Source: Caldisericaceae bacterium | GTDB lineage: Bacteria; Caldisericota; Caldisericia; Caldisericales; Caldisericaceae | NCBI GenBank assembly: GCA_049967855.1 | Contig: JBMFRX010000002.1 | Coordinates: 32,001 to 96,000, forward strand | DNA: 64,000 nucleotides | Direction: 5' to 3' | Shown here: positions 1 to 10,305 of the stretch, piece after piece | How the letters are laid out: each line of letters opens with the position of its first letter | Numbering within the stretch: position 1 is the stretch's first letter | Program-made: the position numbers and the translations under genes | Notes under the pieces: generated by a model | Database searches by the model: none | What the model was told of the DNA's origin: nothing | Seen by the model: the letters and a program-made list of their open reading frames with translations, nothing else

Positions 1-1
1 A

Positions 2-436
2 ATGAGAGGAAACACTGCTCTTACTAAAATTGCTGAGTCTATTGATATTGAACTTCCCAGGAAATTTATTGAGCATGATGTCGATGATCGCATAAAAGAA
101 CTCGAAAAAAATTATCTTAAGAGGGGTTATAAACTTGAAGAAGTGCTCAAGAAAGAAGGAAAAACCATTGAAGACCTTCGAAAAGAGATTGAGAAACAAT
201 CAGAAAAAGACTTAAAAGAGGATTTGGTATTAAGGTCGCTTATCTTGAAGAAAGATATACAGGTTACTGATGACGAAATAAAAGATGAATTTAACCACAT
301 TGTTGAAACCGAACTTGCAGGCAAAAAAGTTGCCTTAACAGATGATCTTAAGAAATACATAAGACAGGAGATACTTCGTTCTAAAGCAGTTTCAATATTA
401 AAAGAAAATGCTATAATTAAAACGGGAGGTGAGTGA
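2..436 (+). CDS. tig: Trigger factor, C-terminal part (5' end lies outside the window)
   Basis: Helical SurA-like C-terminal domain ([13 protein letters not shown]...IQVTDDEI) directly upstream of clpP-clpX-lon, the canonical order. Confidence 0.85.
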   Translation: MRGNTALTKIAESIDIELPRKFIEHDVDDRIKELEKNYLKRGYKLEEVLKKEGKTIEDLRKEIEKQSEKDLKEDLVLRSLILKKDIQVTDDEIKDEFNHIVETELAGKKVALTDDLKKYIRQEILRSKAVSILKENAIIKTGGE

Positions 437-437
437 C

Positions 438-1040
438 TTGCCTATTATTCCGTATGTTATTGAAACAACCGGCAGAGGAGAACGTAGTTACGATCTTTAT
501 TCAAGACTTCTAAAAGATAGGATTATTTTCCTAACAGGAGAGATAGACGGTATCCAGTCTGATTTAATTGTTGCAGAACTTCTTTTCCTTGAGGCACAGG
601 ACCCTTCCCAGGATATTTATCTCTACATAAACAGTCCAGGAGGCGAAGTTACACCTGGTATGGCAATTTATGATACAATGCAGTATATAAAAGCTCCTGT
701 TGCCACAATTTGTCTTGGACAAGCTGCTTCCCTGGGTGCAATTATTCTTGCTTCGGGGGCACCTGGCAAACGATTTGCACTTCCTCATTCGAGGATACTT
801 ATCCACCAGCCCTGGGGAGGTACTCAAGGGCAAGCAACTGACATTGAAATTCAGGCACGCGAGATGCTTAGAATAAAGCAAATGATAAATGAGATACTTG
901 CAAAACACACTCATCAGACAATCGAAAAGGTGCAGAAAGACACCGAGAGAGATTACTATATGTCTCCAGAGGAAGCAAAAGAATATGGATTAATCGACAG
1001 TATTGTGGAGCGTTCGCTTGAGCTTGGGGGTAAAGAATAG
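438..1040 (+). CDS. clpP: ATP-dependent Clp protease proteolytic subunit
   Basis: [25 protein letters not shown] (catalytic Ser), IHQP. Start placed at TTG 438 behind the GGAGGTGA SD; ORF track gives 429. Confidence 0.97.
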   Translation: MPIIPYVIETTGRGERSYDLYSRLLKDRIIFLTGEIDGIQSDLIVAELLFLEAQDPSQDIYLYINSPGGEVTPGMAIYDTMQYIKAPVATICLGQAASLGAIILASGAPGKRFALPHSRILIHQPWGGTQGQATDIEIQAREMLRIKQMINEILAKHTHQTIEKVQKDTERDYYMSPEEAKEYGLIDSIVERSLELGGKE

Positions 1041-2269
1041 TGTCTTCAGATGAACCTAGATGCTCGTTCTGTGGAAAGAGCCATTTAGATGTAAAAAGGC
1101 TAATTGCAGGGCCTAACGGAGTTTATATATGCGACGAGTGCCTTACTAAGGCGTATCGAATTCTTCAGGCATCTGAAAAGGAGAACCATTTAAAGCAGAT
1201 AAAAGACCTCCCGAGTCCTCCAGAGATTTATGCAGAACTTGATAGATATATAATTGGCCAGGAAAGCGCAAAGAAAACTATTTCTGTTGCTGCTTATAAC
1301 CACTACAAGAGAATAATTTCAAATAAAGATGAGAACACTTTTATCGAGAAGAGTAATGTTCTTCTGATAGGGCCAACAGGCTCTGGGAAAACGCTGTTTG
1401 CTCAAGTGCTTTCCAAAATTATTGGGGTTCCACTTGCGATTGCGGATGCCACTTCCATAACAGAAGCAGGTTACGTTGGTGAAGATGTGGAGTCAATTAT
1501 ACAAAGGTTGCTCCAGGTTGTTGATTATGATGTGAACAAAGCTGAAGAAGGCATTGTTTATATTGATGAGATTGACAAGATAGCACGAAAAAGTGAAAAT
1601 CCTTCTATCACAAGAGATGTATCAGGAGAAGGAGTGCAGCAAGGTCTATTGAAGATACTTGAAGGCACAACTGCCAATGTACCGCCTCAAGGAGGCCGCA
1701 AACATCCCTACCAGGAGTTTATTAAAGTTAATACCAAGGATATACTTTTCATTGGGGGCGGTACTTTCGAGGGAATCGACAGGGTGATTGAAGAACGCAC
1801 AAGCAAGAGAAAAATTGGTTTCAGAGGAGAACAAAGCGATGATTCAGGCAATACCAAAATTATCCCTCATGACCTGATTAAGTTTGGTATGATTCCAGAA
1901 TTTGTTGGACGTTTCCCTATTGTTGCGACACTTGGAAAGTTAACGCACAAGGAACTTGTAAGAATACTCACTGAGCCTAAAAATGCAATAATATCACAGT
2001 ATAAGAAGATGTTTGCCCTCGATGGAGTTGAACTCGAATTTGAGCAAAGTGCACTTGAATATGTTGCCGATAGAGCAGTTGAGCTCAATATAGGAGCAAG
2101 AGGATTAAGGTCAATTTTAGAGCAATCAATGATTGAATTGATGTATATGGTTCCAGAAATGGAGCAGGTGAAGAAGTGTATTGTCACTGAAGGATTCCTT
2201 GAAGGAACTGAGGGCGTCGTATTTTTAGACGCAAGCGGAAAAAGAGTTGAGCAGAGAAAAATAGCATAG
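1040..2269 (+). CDS. clpX: Clp protease ATP-binding subunit ClpX
   Basis: C4 zinc finger CSFCG...CDEC, Walker [28 protein letters not shown] loop. Confidence 0.98.
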   Translation: MSSDEPRCSFCGKSHLDVKRLIAGPNGVYICDECLTKAYRILQASEKENHLKQIKDLPSPPEIYAELDRYIIGQESAKKTISVAAYNHYKRIISNKDENTFIEKSNVLLIGPTGSGKTLFAQVLSKIIGVPLAIADATSITEAGYVGEDVESIIQRLLQVVDYDVNKAEEGIVYIDEIDKIARKSENPSITRDVSGEGVQQGLLKILEGTTANVPPQGGRKHPYQEFIKVNTKDILFIGGGTFEGIDRVIEERTSKRKIGFRGEQSDDSGNTKIIPHDLIKFGMIPEFVGRFPIVATLGKLTHKELVRILTEPKNAIISQYKKMFALDGVELEFEQSALEYVADRAVELNIGARGLRSILEQSMIELMYMVPEMEQVKKCIVTEGFLEGTEGVVFLDASGKRVEQRKIA

Positions 2270-2277
2270 GAGGTTTT

Positions 2278-4596
2278 ATGGATAAGAATTGGAATTTAGC
2301 AGAAGCACCTTTCATTCCATTGCGCAATGTTGTTTTATTTCCATATACTGTTGTGCCGCTGACAGTTGGAAGAATGAAGTCTGTTAATGCAATAGAACAG
2401 GCTTTGGCACATAACAAGATGATTGTTGTTGCAACACAGAAGAACGGGCTGGTTGAGGACCCAGAGCCTGGAGATGTATACGACGTAGGTGTGGGATGTG
2501 AAATAGTGCAGGTCCTCAAACTACCCGACGGGACCTATAGGATTCTGGTTGATGGTCTTAAGCGAGTAAAAATAACTAACTTTGATACTTCAAGAGACTT
2601 CTGGAGTGTTTCCGTTAGCCCAATTGAAGATATCGAAGAACAATCTATTGAAGTTGAGGCACTCACAAGAGGCGTTTCAGAGAGGTTTGCTATTTACTCT
2701 GAGATGAACAAAAAGGTGCCTCAGGAAGCAATTGTCAACATCTCAAACGTTGAAACAATCGAGAAATTTATTTCAATGGTTGCCTCGAACTTGTTTGTTC
2801 CTGTTGAGGATAAACAGAGAATTTTGGATGAACCTGATACAAAAAAGCAGCTTAAAGATCTCATTACTTTGCTTGAAAAAGAGAATATTATTCTTGAAAT
2901 TGCCCAAAAGATAGATGATGAAGTTAGGAATAAGATTGAGAAAAGCCAGAAAGAGTATTACCTGCGAGAAAAATTGAAGGAGATTGAAAAGGAACTCGGC
3001 GAAGAAGGAGAAGGAGTCGGAATTGTTTCTGAAATTAAGAGGAAGCTTAAAGGCAGAAAGCTTCCTAAATATGTTTCTGATAGAGTTAATGAAGAGATTG
3101 ATAAACTGAAACGTACTCCTGTTTTGAGCCCAGAGAGTGGCGTTATTCAGAATTACCTTGATTGGTTAATTTCTCTCCCCTGGGATAAGAGCACTGTTGA
3201 CACTGTTGATGTTGTGAAAGCAAAAGAAGTTCTTGATAAGAATCATTATGATCTTGCTGATGTGAAAGAGCGAATCGTAGAATTGATTGCTGTTAAGAAG
3301 CTCAAAAAAGATTTAAAAGGTCCCATAATTTGCTTTGTCGGGCCTCCAGGAGTTGGAAAGACTTCTCTTGGGAAATCTATTGCAGAGGCTTTAGGTAGAA
3401 AATTTGTCAGAATGTCTCTCGGAGGAATACGCGACGAAGCTGAGATTAGAGGACACAGGCGTACCTATGTAGGAGCACTTCCTGGAAGGATAATTCAGGG
3501 AATAAGAACAGCAGGTGTCAAGAACCCCGTGTTTCTGCTTGACGAAATTGACAAGGTTGGGGCAGATTTCAGAGGAGACCCCACTGCTGCTTTATTGGAG
3601 GCGTTGGACCCAGAGCAAAATAATACTTTCTCAGATAATTATCTCGAACTTCCTTTTGATTTGTCTGAGGTACTTTTTATTACAACTGCAAATATGATAG
3701 ATACTATACCGCCTGCTCTGCTCGATAGAATGGAAATGATAATGCTTCCAGGATACATTGACGAGGAGAAGCTGCACATAGCTAAAGAATTCATTATTCC
3801 TAAGCAAATCAAAGAACACGGACTTGAAAAGACAGACGTTGAATTTTCAGATGAAGCAATTTTAAGAATCATAAATGAATATACAAGGGAAGCAGGACTC
3901 CGTAACCTTGAGCGTTCAGTAATGAAGGTCCTTAGGAAGGTTGCGAAGCAGAAAGCTCAGGATGGGAGTTTGCATTTGCGTATTACCGAGAAGAAACTTA
4001 CAAAGTATCTCGGAGCGCCCGACTTTATGAGGGAATCTGCTGAGAATAGGAATTTGATTGGCGTTGCTTGTGGGATGGTGGTAACTCAAGCTGGCGGTGA
4101 TATTGTATACATAGAGGCGACAAAAATGCAAGGGAAGGGAGCGCTTCTCTTAACTGGTCAGCTTGGAGATGTTATGAAGGAAAGTGCTCAGGCTGCGATG
4201 AGTTATATCAGGACTTACGCAGATAGGCTTGGGGTTCCTCAGGACTTCTACGATAAGTTTGATGTGCACGTTCATGTACCTGAAGGCGCAGTTCCTAAGG
4301 AGGGACCATCAGCAGGAGTTACTATTTTTGTTGCGCTTGTTTCAGTGCTCAAAGGAAAATCAGTTAATAAAGATGTTGCAATGACAGGTGAAATAACCCT
4401 TCGAGGAAGAGTTCTGCCTGTCGGTGGGATAAAAGAAAAAGTGCTTGGAGCTTACAGGGCTGGTATAAGAAAGATTATACTTCCGAAGGCAAATGAAAAA
4501 GACCTTGAGGAAGTGCCTAAGGCGGTATCAAAGAAAATTGAGTTTTATCTAATAGACAACGTTGAGGAGGCGTTAAAAGTTAGTCTGGAAGAATAA
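2278..4596 (+). CDS. lon: Lon protease (LonA)
   Basis: LON N domain, GPPGVGKTS, RGHRRTYVGALPG, PKEGPSAG catalytic Ser, GGIKEK. Confidence 0.98.
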   Translation: MDKNWNLAEAPFIPLRNVVLFPYTVVPLTVGRMKSVNAIEQALAHNKMIVVATQKNGLVEDPEPGDVYDVGVGCEIVQVLKLPDGTYRILVDGLKRVKITNFDTSRDFWSVSVSPIEDIEEQSIEVEALTRGVSERFAIYSEMNKKVPQEAIVNISNVETIEKFISMVASNLFVPVEDKQRILDEPDTKKQLKDLITLLEKENIILEIAQKIDDEVRNKIEKSQKEYYLREKLKEIEKELGEEGEGVGIVSEIKRKLKGRKLPKYVSDRVNEEIDKLKRTPVLSPESGVIQNYLDWLISLPWDKSTVDTVDVVKAKEVLDKNHYDLADVKERIVELIAVKKLKKDLKGPIICFVGPPGVGKTSLGKSIAEALGRKFVRMSLGGIRDEAEIRGHRRTYVGALPGRIIQGIRTAGVKNPVFLLDEIDKVGADFRGDPTAALLEALDPEQNNTFSDNYLELPFDLSEVLFITTANMIDTIPPALLDRMEMIMLPGYIDEEKLHIAKEFIIPKQIKEHGLEKTDVEFSDEAILRIINEYTREAGLRNLERSVMKVLRKVAKQKAQDGSLHLRITEKKLTKYLGAPDFMRESAENRNLIGVACGMVVTQAGGDIVYIEATKMQGKGALLLTGQLGDVMKESAQAAMSYIRTYADRLGVPQDFYDKFDVHVHVPEGAVPKEGPSAGVTIFVALVSVLKGKSVNKDVAMTGEITLRGRVLPVGGIKEKVLGAYRAGIRKIILPKANEKDLEEVPKAVSKKIEFYLIDNVEEALKVSLEE

Positions 4597-5282
4597 TGGA
4601 TATCGGTAAAGCATTAAGGGAAAAAAGAGAAGAACTTGGTTTATCACTTGATGATATAGCGGAAAGAACTCTTATAAGGCAGTATTATCTTGAGGAGATT
4701 GAAGATAATAAATTTCCTTCGTACGATGGTTACACTGCTGCATACATTAGAAAATATGCCGAATCCCTTGGTCTTGAACCTGAGCCTCTCATTGAACAAT
4801 ATAAAGAGCTTTTCAAGGGGAAGGAAGATGTTTTAAAACCGAAGGACAAGCACAGGTCAAATTCATTAGCTGTTATTGTTATAGTTATTGCTATAATCGG
4901 TTTGTTGCTACTTATAGTTTATAATAACAGGGTGAAAGCTCCTACGGTAAATCCTTCCCAGGAAACCTCAAATCCCTCTTTGCCAGTAACGCCTGTAACG
5001 CCATCTCAGCCAAATCCTTCCCAAAATAACCAGACATCTCCTCAAGAAACAGGGGTGCACCTCGTATTAAAAGGGACTGGTCTTTGCTGGCTTGGGGTGA
5101 CTATCGATGGTAAATATTCTCAGACTTACATTCACTCAGGTGAAACACTTGAGTTCAAGGGAACGCAATATATTACAATCCGTTATGGTTTTGCTCCATA
5201 TGTCAGTGTCACAAAGAACGGCAAAGAGCTTGGGGTAGTTAGCACTAAAAATAAGGTTGTTGAAATTACTTACACTCCTTGA
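4596..5282 (+). CDS. rodZ: RodZ-like HTH membrane protein with DUF4115-like C-terminal domain
   Basis: N-terminal HTH (IGKALREKREELGLSL...YIRKYAESLGL), one TM helix, P/S/Q-rich linker, CWLGVTIDG; upstream of rimO. Confidence 0.85.
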   Translation: MDIGKALREKREELGLSLDDIAERTLIRQYYLEEIEDNKFPSYDGYTAAYIRKYAESLGLEPEPLIEQYKELFKGKEDVLKPKDKHRSNSLAVIVIVIAIIGLLLLIVYNNRVKAPTVNPSQETSNPSLPVTPVTPSQPNPSQNNQTSPQETGVHLVLKGTGLCWLGVTIDGKYSQTYIHSGETLEFKGTQYITIRYGFAPYVSVTKNGKELGVVSTKNKVVEITYTP

Positions 5283-5300
5283 TTTTAATAAGTAAAAGGT

Positions 5301-6620
5301 ATGGTTATGAAAAGAGAGCGTGTTTCTATAGTAAGCCTTGGTTGTCCAAAGAATCTTGTGGACAGCGAAAGGATACTTGGGATTTTCAATAAAAATGGTT
5401 TTACTGTAACATTTGATGCAGATGAAAGCGATATTGTTGTTATTAATACTTGTGCTTTTCTTCAATCGGCACGTGAAGAGTCTCTTGACGTTATTGGTGA
5501 ATTTGCTAGCAAGAAGAATAAAGGCCTTATCAAGAAAATTGTTGTAGCAGGTTGTTATCCATCGCTTGATGGCAAAGCTCTTAAAGAAAGATTCCCTGAG
5601 ATTGACGCTATAATTGGCACCAATAATATAGGCGATGTTGTTGATGCCGTAAAGAAAGGCAAAATAGATATTTCAAGAAAATATGAACCATTTATGTACC
5701 AACGCGTAAAAGCGACTCTTCCACACTATGAGTATCTTAAAATAGCTGATGGCTGCAATCATAGATGCGCTTTTTGCATAATCCCTAAAATTAAAGGGCA
5801 CACCCACAGTTTCTTAAAGGAGTCAATTATCAATGAATCAAAAGCTCTCGTAGAAAGTGGCGTTAAAGAGCTCATTGTAATTGCTCAGGATATAACTCAG
5901 TATGGCATAGATTTGTACAAGAAGAATGAATTATTATCGCTACTTGGCGCCATTGATAAGATAGAAGGGATTTCATGGATAAGGCTTATGTATACTTATC
6001 CATCTCTATCAATGCTTGATTTGATTGACTTTATGGTTGATTCGGAGCATATAGTGCCCTATATAGACATTCCTATACAGCATATTAGTGATAGAATTCT
6101 TAAACTTATGCGAAGAGCAACAAATAGAAAAGACATCGAGACTATTTTTACTAAACTCAAGAATAACGGTATTGCCATACGTACATCAGTAATTGTCGGT
6201 TTTCCTCACGAAACAGAAGCTGACTTCAATGAGCTTAAAGGTTTCCTGGCAGATTATCAGGTAGACCATCTAGGAATTTTTGAGTATTCAAACGAGGAAA
6301 AAAGCGTAAGTTATAAGATGACTGAACAAGTATCACCCGAAGACAAGTCGAGACGTTTTGAAGAACTATCTCAAGTTAGAGATTTGAATGCTTTTAAACG
6401 CTCACAAAGCCTTCTTGGAAAGACAGTAGATACAATAGTTGACTACTTTGACGAAAGTGCTAAAAAGTTTGTTGGTAGAACTATTTTTGATGCGCCTGAA
6501 ATCGACGATATTGTTTATTTTATGGGAACGCAGACTTCAGGCGAGATACTTAAATCCAAAATTGTTAATGCAAAGCCATATGAGTATGTTGCAAAGAGAA
6601 TTAAGGAAAGCCGAAGATGA
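5301..6620 (+). CDS. rimO: Ribosomal protein S12 methylthiotransferase
   Basis: SLGCPKNLVDSE, INTCAF, radical SAM CNHRCAFC, DAPEID TRAM domain. Confidence 0.95.
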   Translation: MVMKRERVSIVSLGCPKNLVDSERILGIFNKNGFTVTFDADESDIVVINTCAFLQSAREESLDVIGEFASKKNKGLIKKIVVAGCYPSLDGKALKERFPEIDAIIGTNNIGDVVDAVKKGKIDISRKYEPFMYQRVKATLPHYEYLKIADGCNHRCAFCIIPKIKGHTHSFLKESIINESKALVESGVKELIVIAQDITQYGIDLYKKNELLSLLGAIDKIEGISWIRLMYTYPSLSMLDLIDFMVDSEHIVPYIDIPIQHISDRILKLMRRATNRKDIETIFTKLKNNGIAIRTSVIVGFPHETEADFNELKGFLADYQVDHLGIFEYSNEEKSVSYKMTEQVSPEDKSRRFEELSQVRDLNAFKRSQSLLGKTVDTIVDYFDESAKKFVGRTIFDAPEIDDIVYFMGTQTSGEILKSKIVNAKPYEYVAKRIKESRR

Positions 6621-7159
6621 GGACATTCATTGCATTGAAAACGCCTCCTTTTGAGGAAGAGCTTTTCGCAATCGAAACAAGCTATAAAGAAATTATTAGT
6701 GATGTTAGTTGGGTTGGATGTGATAATTTACACGTTACTGTTAAGTTCCTTGGTGAAATTGACGCGAAGATTCTGATTGATGTTGGCAATATGCTGCAAA
6801 TAATAGCTGAGAAACAAAGCCCTTTCAATTTTTCTATCTCAGGAGTATCTGGTTTCCCTGTCAGCAGTAACGCGCGAGTACTATTTTTCAGGATAGACGA
6901 TGGCTACCATACAATAAGCTCTCTGATGAAAGAAGTAAGCCTTAGCCTGACTAAATTTGGTTTTGAGGAAGAGAAAAGTTATGTTCCTCACATTACTTTT
7001 GCAAGGGCGAAGCGTTCACCTGTTAATCTTGATAAAATAGCATTTGAAAGATTTACAATTCAATCAAAAGCAACAGGTTTGATTATTATGAAAAGCGATT
7101 TATCTAGAGGAGAGCCAGTTTACTCTGTTGTAAGTGAATTTGATTTCTTTGGCAAGTAA
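6617..7159 (+). CDS. thpR: RNA 2',3'-cyclic phosphodiesterase (2H family)
   Basis: MRTFIA start and two HxT motifs (LHVTVKFLG, PHITFAR). Confidence 0.92.
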   Translation: MRTFIALKTPPFEEELFAIETSYKEIISDVSWVGCDNLHVTVKFLGEIDAKILIDVGNMLQIIAEKQSPFNFSISGVSGFPVSSNARVLFFRIDDGYHTISSLMKEVSLSLTKFGFEEEKSYVPHITFARAKRSPVNLDKIAFERFTIQSKATGLIIMKSDLSRGEPVYSVVSEFDFFGK

Positions 7160-7167
7160 GTTATAAT
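7140..7167 (+). promoter_or_regulatory. Putative sigma70 promoter for recA
   Basis: TTGATT-16 nt-TATAAT, about 80 nt upstream of the recA start. Confidence 0.45.
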
Positions 7168-7249
7168 AAATTGAAGGTTTTTAGAGATAATATTTCTGAA
7201 GTAGCTAATTTTTAATAATATTTTAAGAGCGGAAAAAAGGAAGGTAAAG

Positions 7250-8293
7250 ATGGCAAACAATGCGAATAACAATGAGCAAGATAAAGAGCAAGCCTTAAAG
7301 CTTGCTATGGCGCAAGTAGAGAAGGATTTTGGTAAGGGTTCAGTTATGCGATTGGGAGATAGGCAGTCTGCTTTAAATATTGAAGCGATACCTTCTGGTA
7401 TCTATTCATTAGATAAAGCACTTGGAGTAGGGGGATTTCCTCGCGGTAGAATCGTTGAGATTTTTGGCCCCGAAGGTGGAGGCAAGACCACTCTATCTCT
7501 TGAGGCTATCGCGATGGCTCAGAGGAGTGGAGGCAAAGCTCTTTTTGTTGATGTAGAGCATGCTTTTTCCCCAGAATACGCTCAGAAACTTGGAGTAGAT
7601 GTTGAGAACCTAATTATCTCTCAGCCTGATTATGCAGAGCAGGCGCTTGAGATAATTGATACCTTTGTGAGGTCAGGTGCTATTGATATTTGTGTTCTTG
7701 ACTCAGTTGCAGCACTTGTCCCAAAAACAGAGCTAGAAGGAGACATGGGCGATTCATTTATGGGAGTACAGGCTCGACTTATGTCGCAGGCTCTAAGGAA
7801 ACTTGCTGGTTCTATCAGCAAATCTAAAACCGTTATGATTTTTATTAATCAGCTTAGAGAGAAAATAGGAGGCTACGGAAATCCTGAAGTAACACCTGGA
7901 GGCCGTGCTCTTAAGTTTTATTCTTCTGTGAGAATTGATGTGAGGAGAACTGAGAGCATCCTTGGAGATAATGGGCAACGAGGCAACAGGATTCGCATTA
8001 AAATTGTTAAGAACAAGGTTGCTCCACCATACAGAGAAACTCAAGTTGATTTGATTTTTGGTGAAGGTGTTTCAAAACTGTCTGACGTGTTCGATTCTTC
8101 AGTAGAGTGTGGAATAATTAAGAGGTCTGGCTCTTTTTATTCTTTTGGCGACATTAAGTTGGGTCAGGGAAAGGACAATGCTGTTAAACTTATTCAAAAT
8201 AATGCTGAACTTCTCGAAAAAATAAAGAAAGAGCTCGATGAAAAATATTTCCCAAAATCAGTCAAAGAGGAAGAAGAACCAGTTGAAAAATGA
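7250..8293 (+). CDS. recA: Recombinase A
   Basis: GPEGGGKTT, DSVAALVPK, QARLMSQALRK, FINQLREKIG, GGRALKFY; normal length, no intein. Confidence 0.99.
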   Translation: MANNANNNEQDKEQALKLAMAQVEKDFGKGSVMRLGDRQSALNIEAIPSGIYSLDKALGVGGFPRGRIVEIFGPEGGGKTTLSLEAIAMAQRSGGKALFVDVEHAFSPEYAQKLGVDVENLIISQPDYAEQALEIIDTFVRSGAIDICVLDSVAALVPKTELEGDMGDSFMGVQARLMSQALRKLAGSISKSKTVMIFINQLREKIGGYGNPEVTPGGRALKFYSSVRIDVRRTESILGDNGQRGNRIRIKIVKNKVAPPYRETQVDLIFGEGVSKLSDVFDSSVECGIIKRSGSFYSFGDIKLGQGKDNAVKLIQNNAELLEKIKKELDEKYFPKSVKEEEEPVEK

Positions 8294-8720
8294 CGATCGT
8301 GAAATGAATTATGCGCTTTTTCTTTTGGCACGCAAGGACTATTCAAGCAAAGAGATTTTTGATAAGATTGCCTTGAAGTTTGACAGAGAAAAAGCAAATG
8401 TAGTTGTTGAGGAGCTGTTGAGGAGAGGTTTAATTTCTGACGAACAGTATGCGGTGAAAATTATTCAAAAATATGCTTTTACTAAAAAGTATGGCTATTT
8501 GAAGGTTGAGGAAGAACTCAGAAAAAGAGGCATAAATAAAGACGTCTACTTGGAACTATTGAATGATATGTATCCACTAGACAGAGAGCTTGAAAATGCT
8601 AAGCACTTTTTACGCATAAAACCACCTGAAAAAATCCGCTTTTATCTCTTAAGCAGAGGCTTCAGGTTTGATACTGTTCAGAAATTACTCTCCGGTTTCA
8701 ATCATGTTGAACTAACTTAA
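8283..8720 (+). CDS. recX: RecX regulatory protein
   Basis: LLARKDYSSKEI, GLISDEQYA, YGYLKVEEELRKRGI, LLSRGF; follows recA; start uncertain (8238, 8283 or 8304). Confidence 0.88.
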   Translation: MKNDDREMNYALFLLARKDYSSKEIFDKIALKFDREKANVVVEELLRRGLISDEQYAVKIIQKYAFTKKYGYLKVEEELRKRGINKDVYLELLNDMYPLDRELENAKHFLRIKPPEKIRFYLLSRGFRFDTVQKLLSGFNHVELT

Positions 8721-8748
8721 GAAAAAGATTGAAAGGGAGGTGATTATA

Positions 8749-10305
8749 TTGTTTAGCGGAGATGTTCCATATTTTTTGTATGTTGTAATAACGATCCTTA
8801 TGTTTGTTATAGGAGCTTTCATAGGTTGGGTTATAGAAGGATATATCTATAAGTCAAAAATTGGCTCAATAAATGAATACTTTAAAAAGAAAGAGCAGGA
8901 TTTTGAAAAAGAAGTTGCACAGGAAAAGCGAGAACAAGCACTTCAGATAAAAGAGGAGCTTGAGCGAAAATCTTTTGAGCTCGAGAAAAAATACAAAGAA
9001 CGTCAGAGAGAAATACAGGAAATAGAAGACCGCCTTTTGAAAAAGGAAGAATTTGTAGACAAACGTCTTTTGACAGTTGATAGGCGAGAAAAAGATCTCA
9101 TCAAAAGAGACGAAGAAGTAAACGCTCTGAAGCTTTCCCTTAGCGAAAAACACCAGCAAATCGAAGACGAACTTTACAAAGTTGCCAATCTTTCTGCTGA
9201 GGAAGCACGTAATATAGTGCTTAAAAAGGCGGAAGAAGAAATACAGAAAGACTATGCAAAGCGGATTGCTCAAATAGAAGAGGAAATTAAAGAAAATTCC
9301 GAGCAAAAAGCGAAAGTCATTCTCTCGCAAGCAATGGAGAGTTGCTCTATTGAATATGTATCGGAGACAACTGTTTCAGTAGTCCCTTTGCCATCGGACG
9401 AGCTTAAAGGAAGAATAATAGGAAGAGAGGGTAGGAATATTCGTACCTTTGAAACTCTTACAGGGGTTGACATTCTTATTGATGATACACCCGAGGCTGT
9501 AACATTATCATGTTTTGACCCAATGCGGAGAGAGGTTGCAAGAAGAACTCTTGAGAAGTTAATCATTGACGGCAGAATACACCCTGCAAGGATTGAGGAA
9601 TTTGCGCAGGAAGCAGAAAAGGAACTTGAAGTTGCCTTAATAAAAGAAGCAGATGATGCACTTTCAAGTATCTCTCTCTTTGGCTTTAATACAGAACTTA
9701 AGAAGCTAATTGGACAGATGAAATTCAGAACAAGTTATGGACAGAATCTATTGCAACACTCTCTTGAAGTAGCTGTAATAGCAGGGATCATTGCAGAGGA
9801 ACTTGGTGAGAATGTTGTGCTTGCAAAAAGAGCGGGTCTCCTGCACGATGTTGGAAAGGTAATTACCGCAGAAAGTGAAGGCCCTCATGCTATTGTTGGT
9901 GGAGATATACTGAGGAAGCTTGGCGAGAATGAAGCTGTTGTGCATGCAGTTCAGGCACACCACAACGATATTAAGCAAGAAACTGTCCTTGACGCAATAA
10001 TCCAGGTTGCAGATACGTTATCCGCAACTCGTCCTGGAGCTCGTCGCGAGAACCTTGAAACTTACATTAAAAGAATGGAAGAGCTCGAGAAGATTGCATC
10101 TTCTATTCAAGGAGTTAAGAAGGCTTTTGTTGTACAGGCAGGCAGAGAAATAAGAATAATTGTCAATCCTGAAGAGATTCACGAAGAGGAGGCGTTTAAA
10201 ATTTCTCACGACATTGCCAAAAAAATTGAGCAGGAGATGGTATATCCTGGAATAATAAAAGTGACAGTGGTTCGTGAGACAAGATATATAGACTATGCAA
10301 AATAG
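8749..10305 (+). CDS. rny: Ribonuclease Y
   Basis: N-terminal TM, coiled coil, KH (KGRIIGREGRNIR), HD (LLHDVGK). TTG 8749 follows a GGAGGTGA SD; ORF track gives 8740. Confidence 0.97.
   Translation: MFSGDVPYFLYVVITILMFVIGAFIGWVIEGYIYKSKIGSINEYFKKKEQDFEKEVAQEKREQALQIKEELERKSFELEKKYKERQREIQEIEDRLLKKEEFVDKRLLTVDRREKDLIKRDEEVNALKLSLSEKHQQIEDELYKVANLSAEEARNIVLKKAEEEIQKDYAKRIAQIEEEIKENSEQKAKVILSQAMESCSIEYVSETTVSVVPLPSDELKGRIIGREGRNIRTFETLTGVDILIDDTPEAVTLSCFDPMRREVARRTLEKLIIDGRIHPARIEEFAQEAEKELEVALIKEADDALSSISLFGFNTELKKLIGQMKFRTSYGQNLLQHSLEVAVIAGIIAEELGENVVLAKRAGLLHDVGKVITAESEGPHAIVGGDILRKLGENEAVVHAVQAHHNDIKQETVLDAIIQVADTLSATRPGARRENLETYIKRMEELEKIASSIQGVKKAFVVQAGREIRIIVNPEEIHEEEAFKISHDIAKKIEQEMVYPGIIKVTVVRETRYIDYAK

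Noticed and set aside
4270..4330. Lon PKEGPSAG instead of PKDGPSAG as an inactive protease
   Set aside because: The change is conservative and the catalytic Ser and Lys are intact.
4945..5050. Short repeats (AAATCCTTCCCA, GTAACGCC) inside rodZ
   Set aside because: They encode the NPSQ/PVT low-complexity linker and are not a CRISPR array or mobile repeat.
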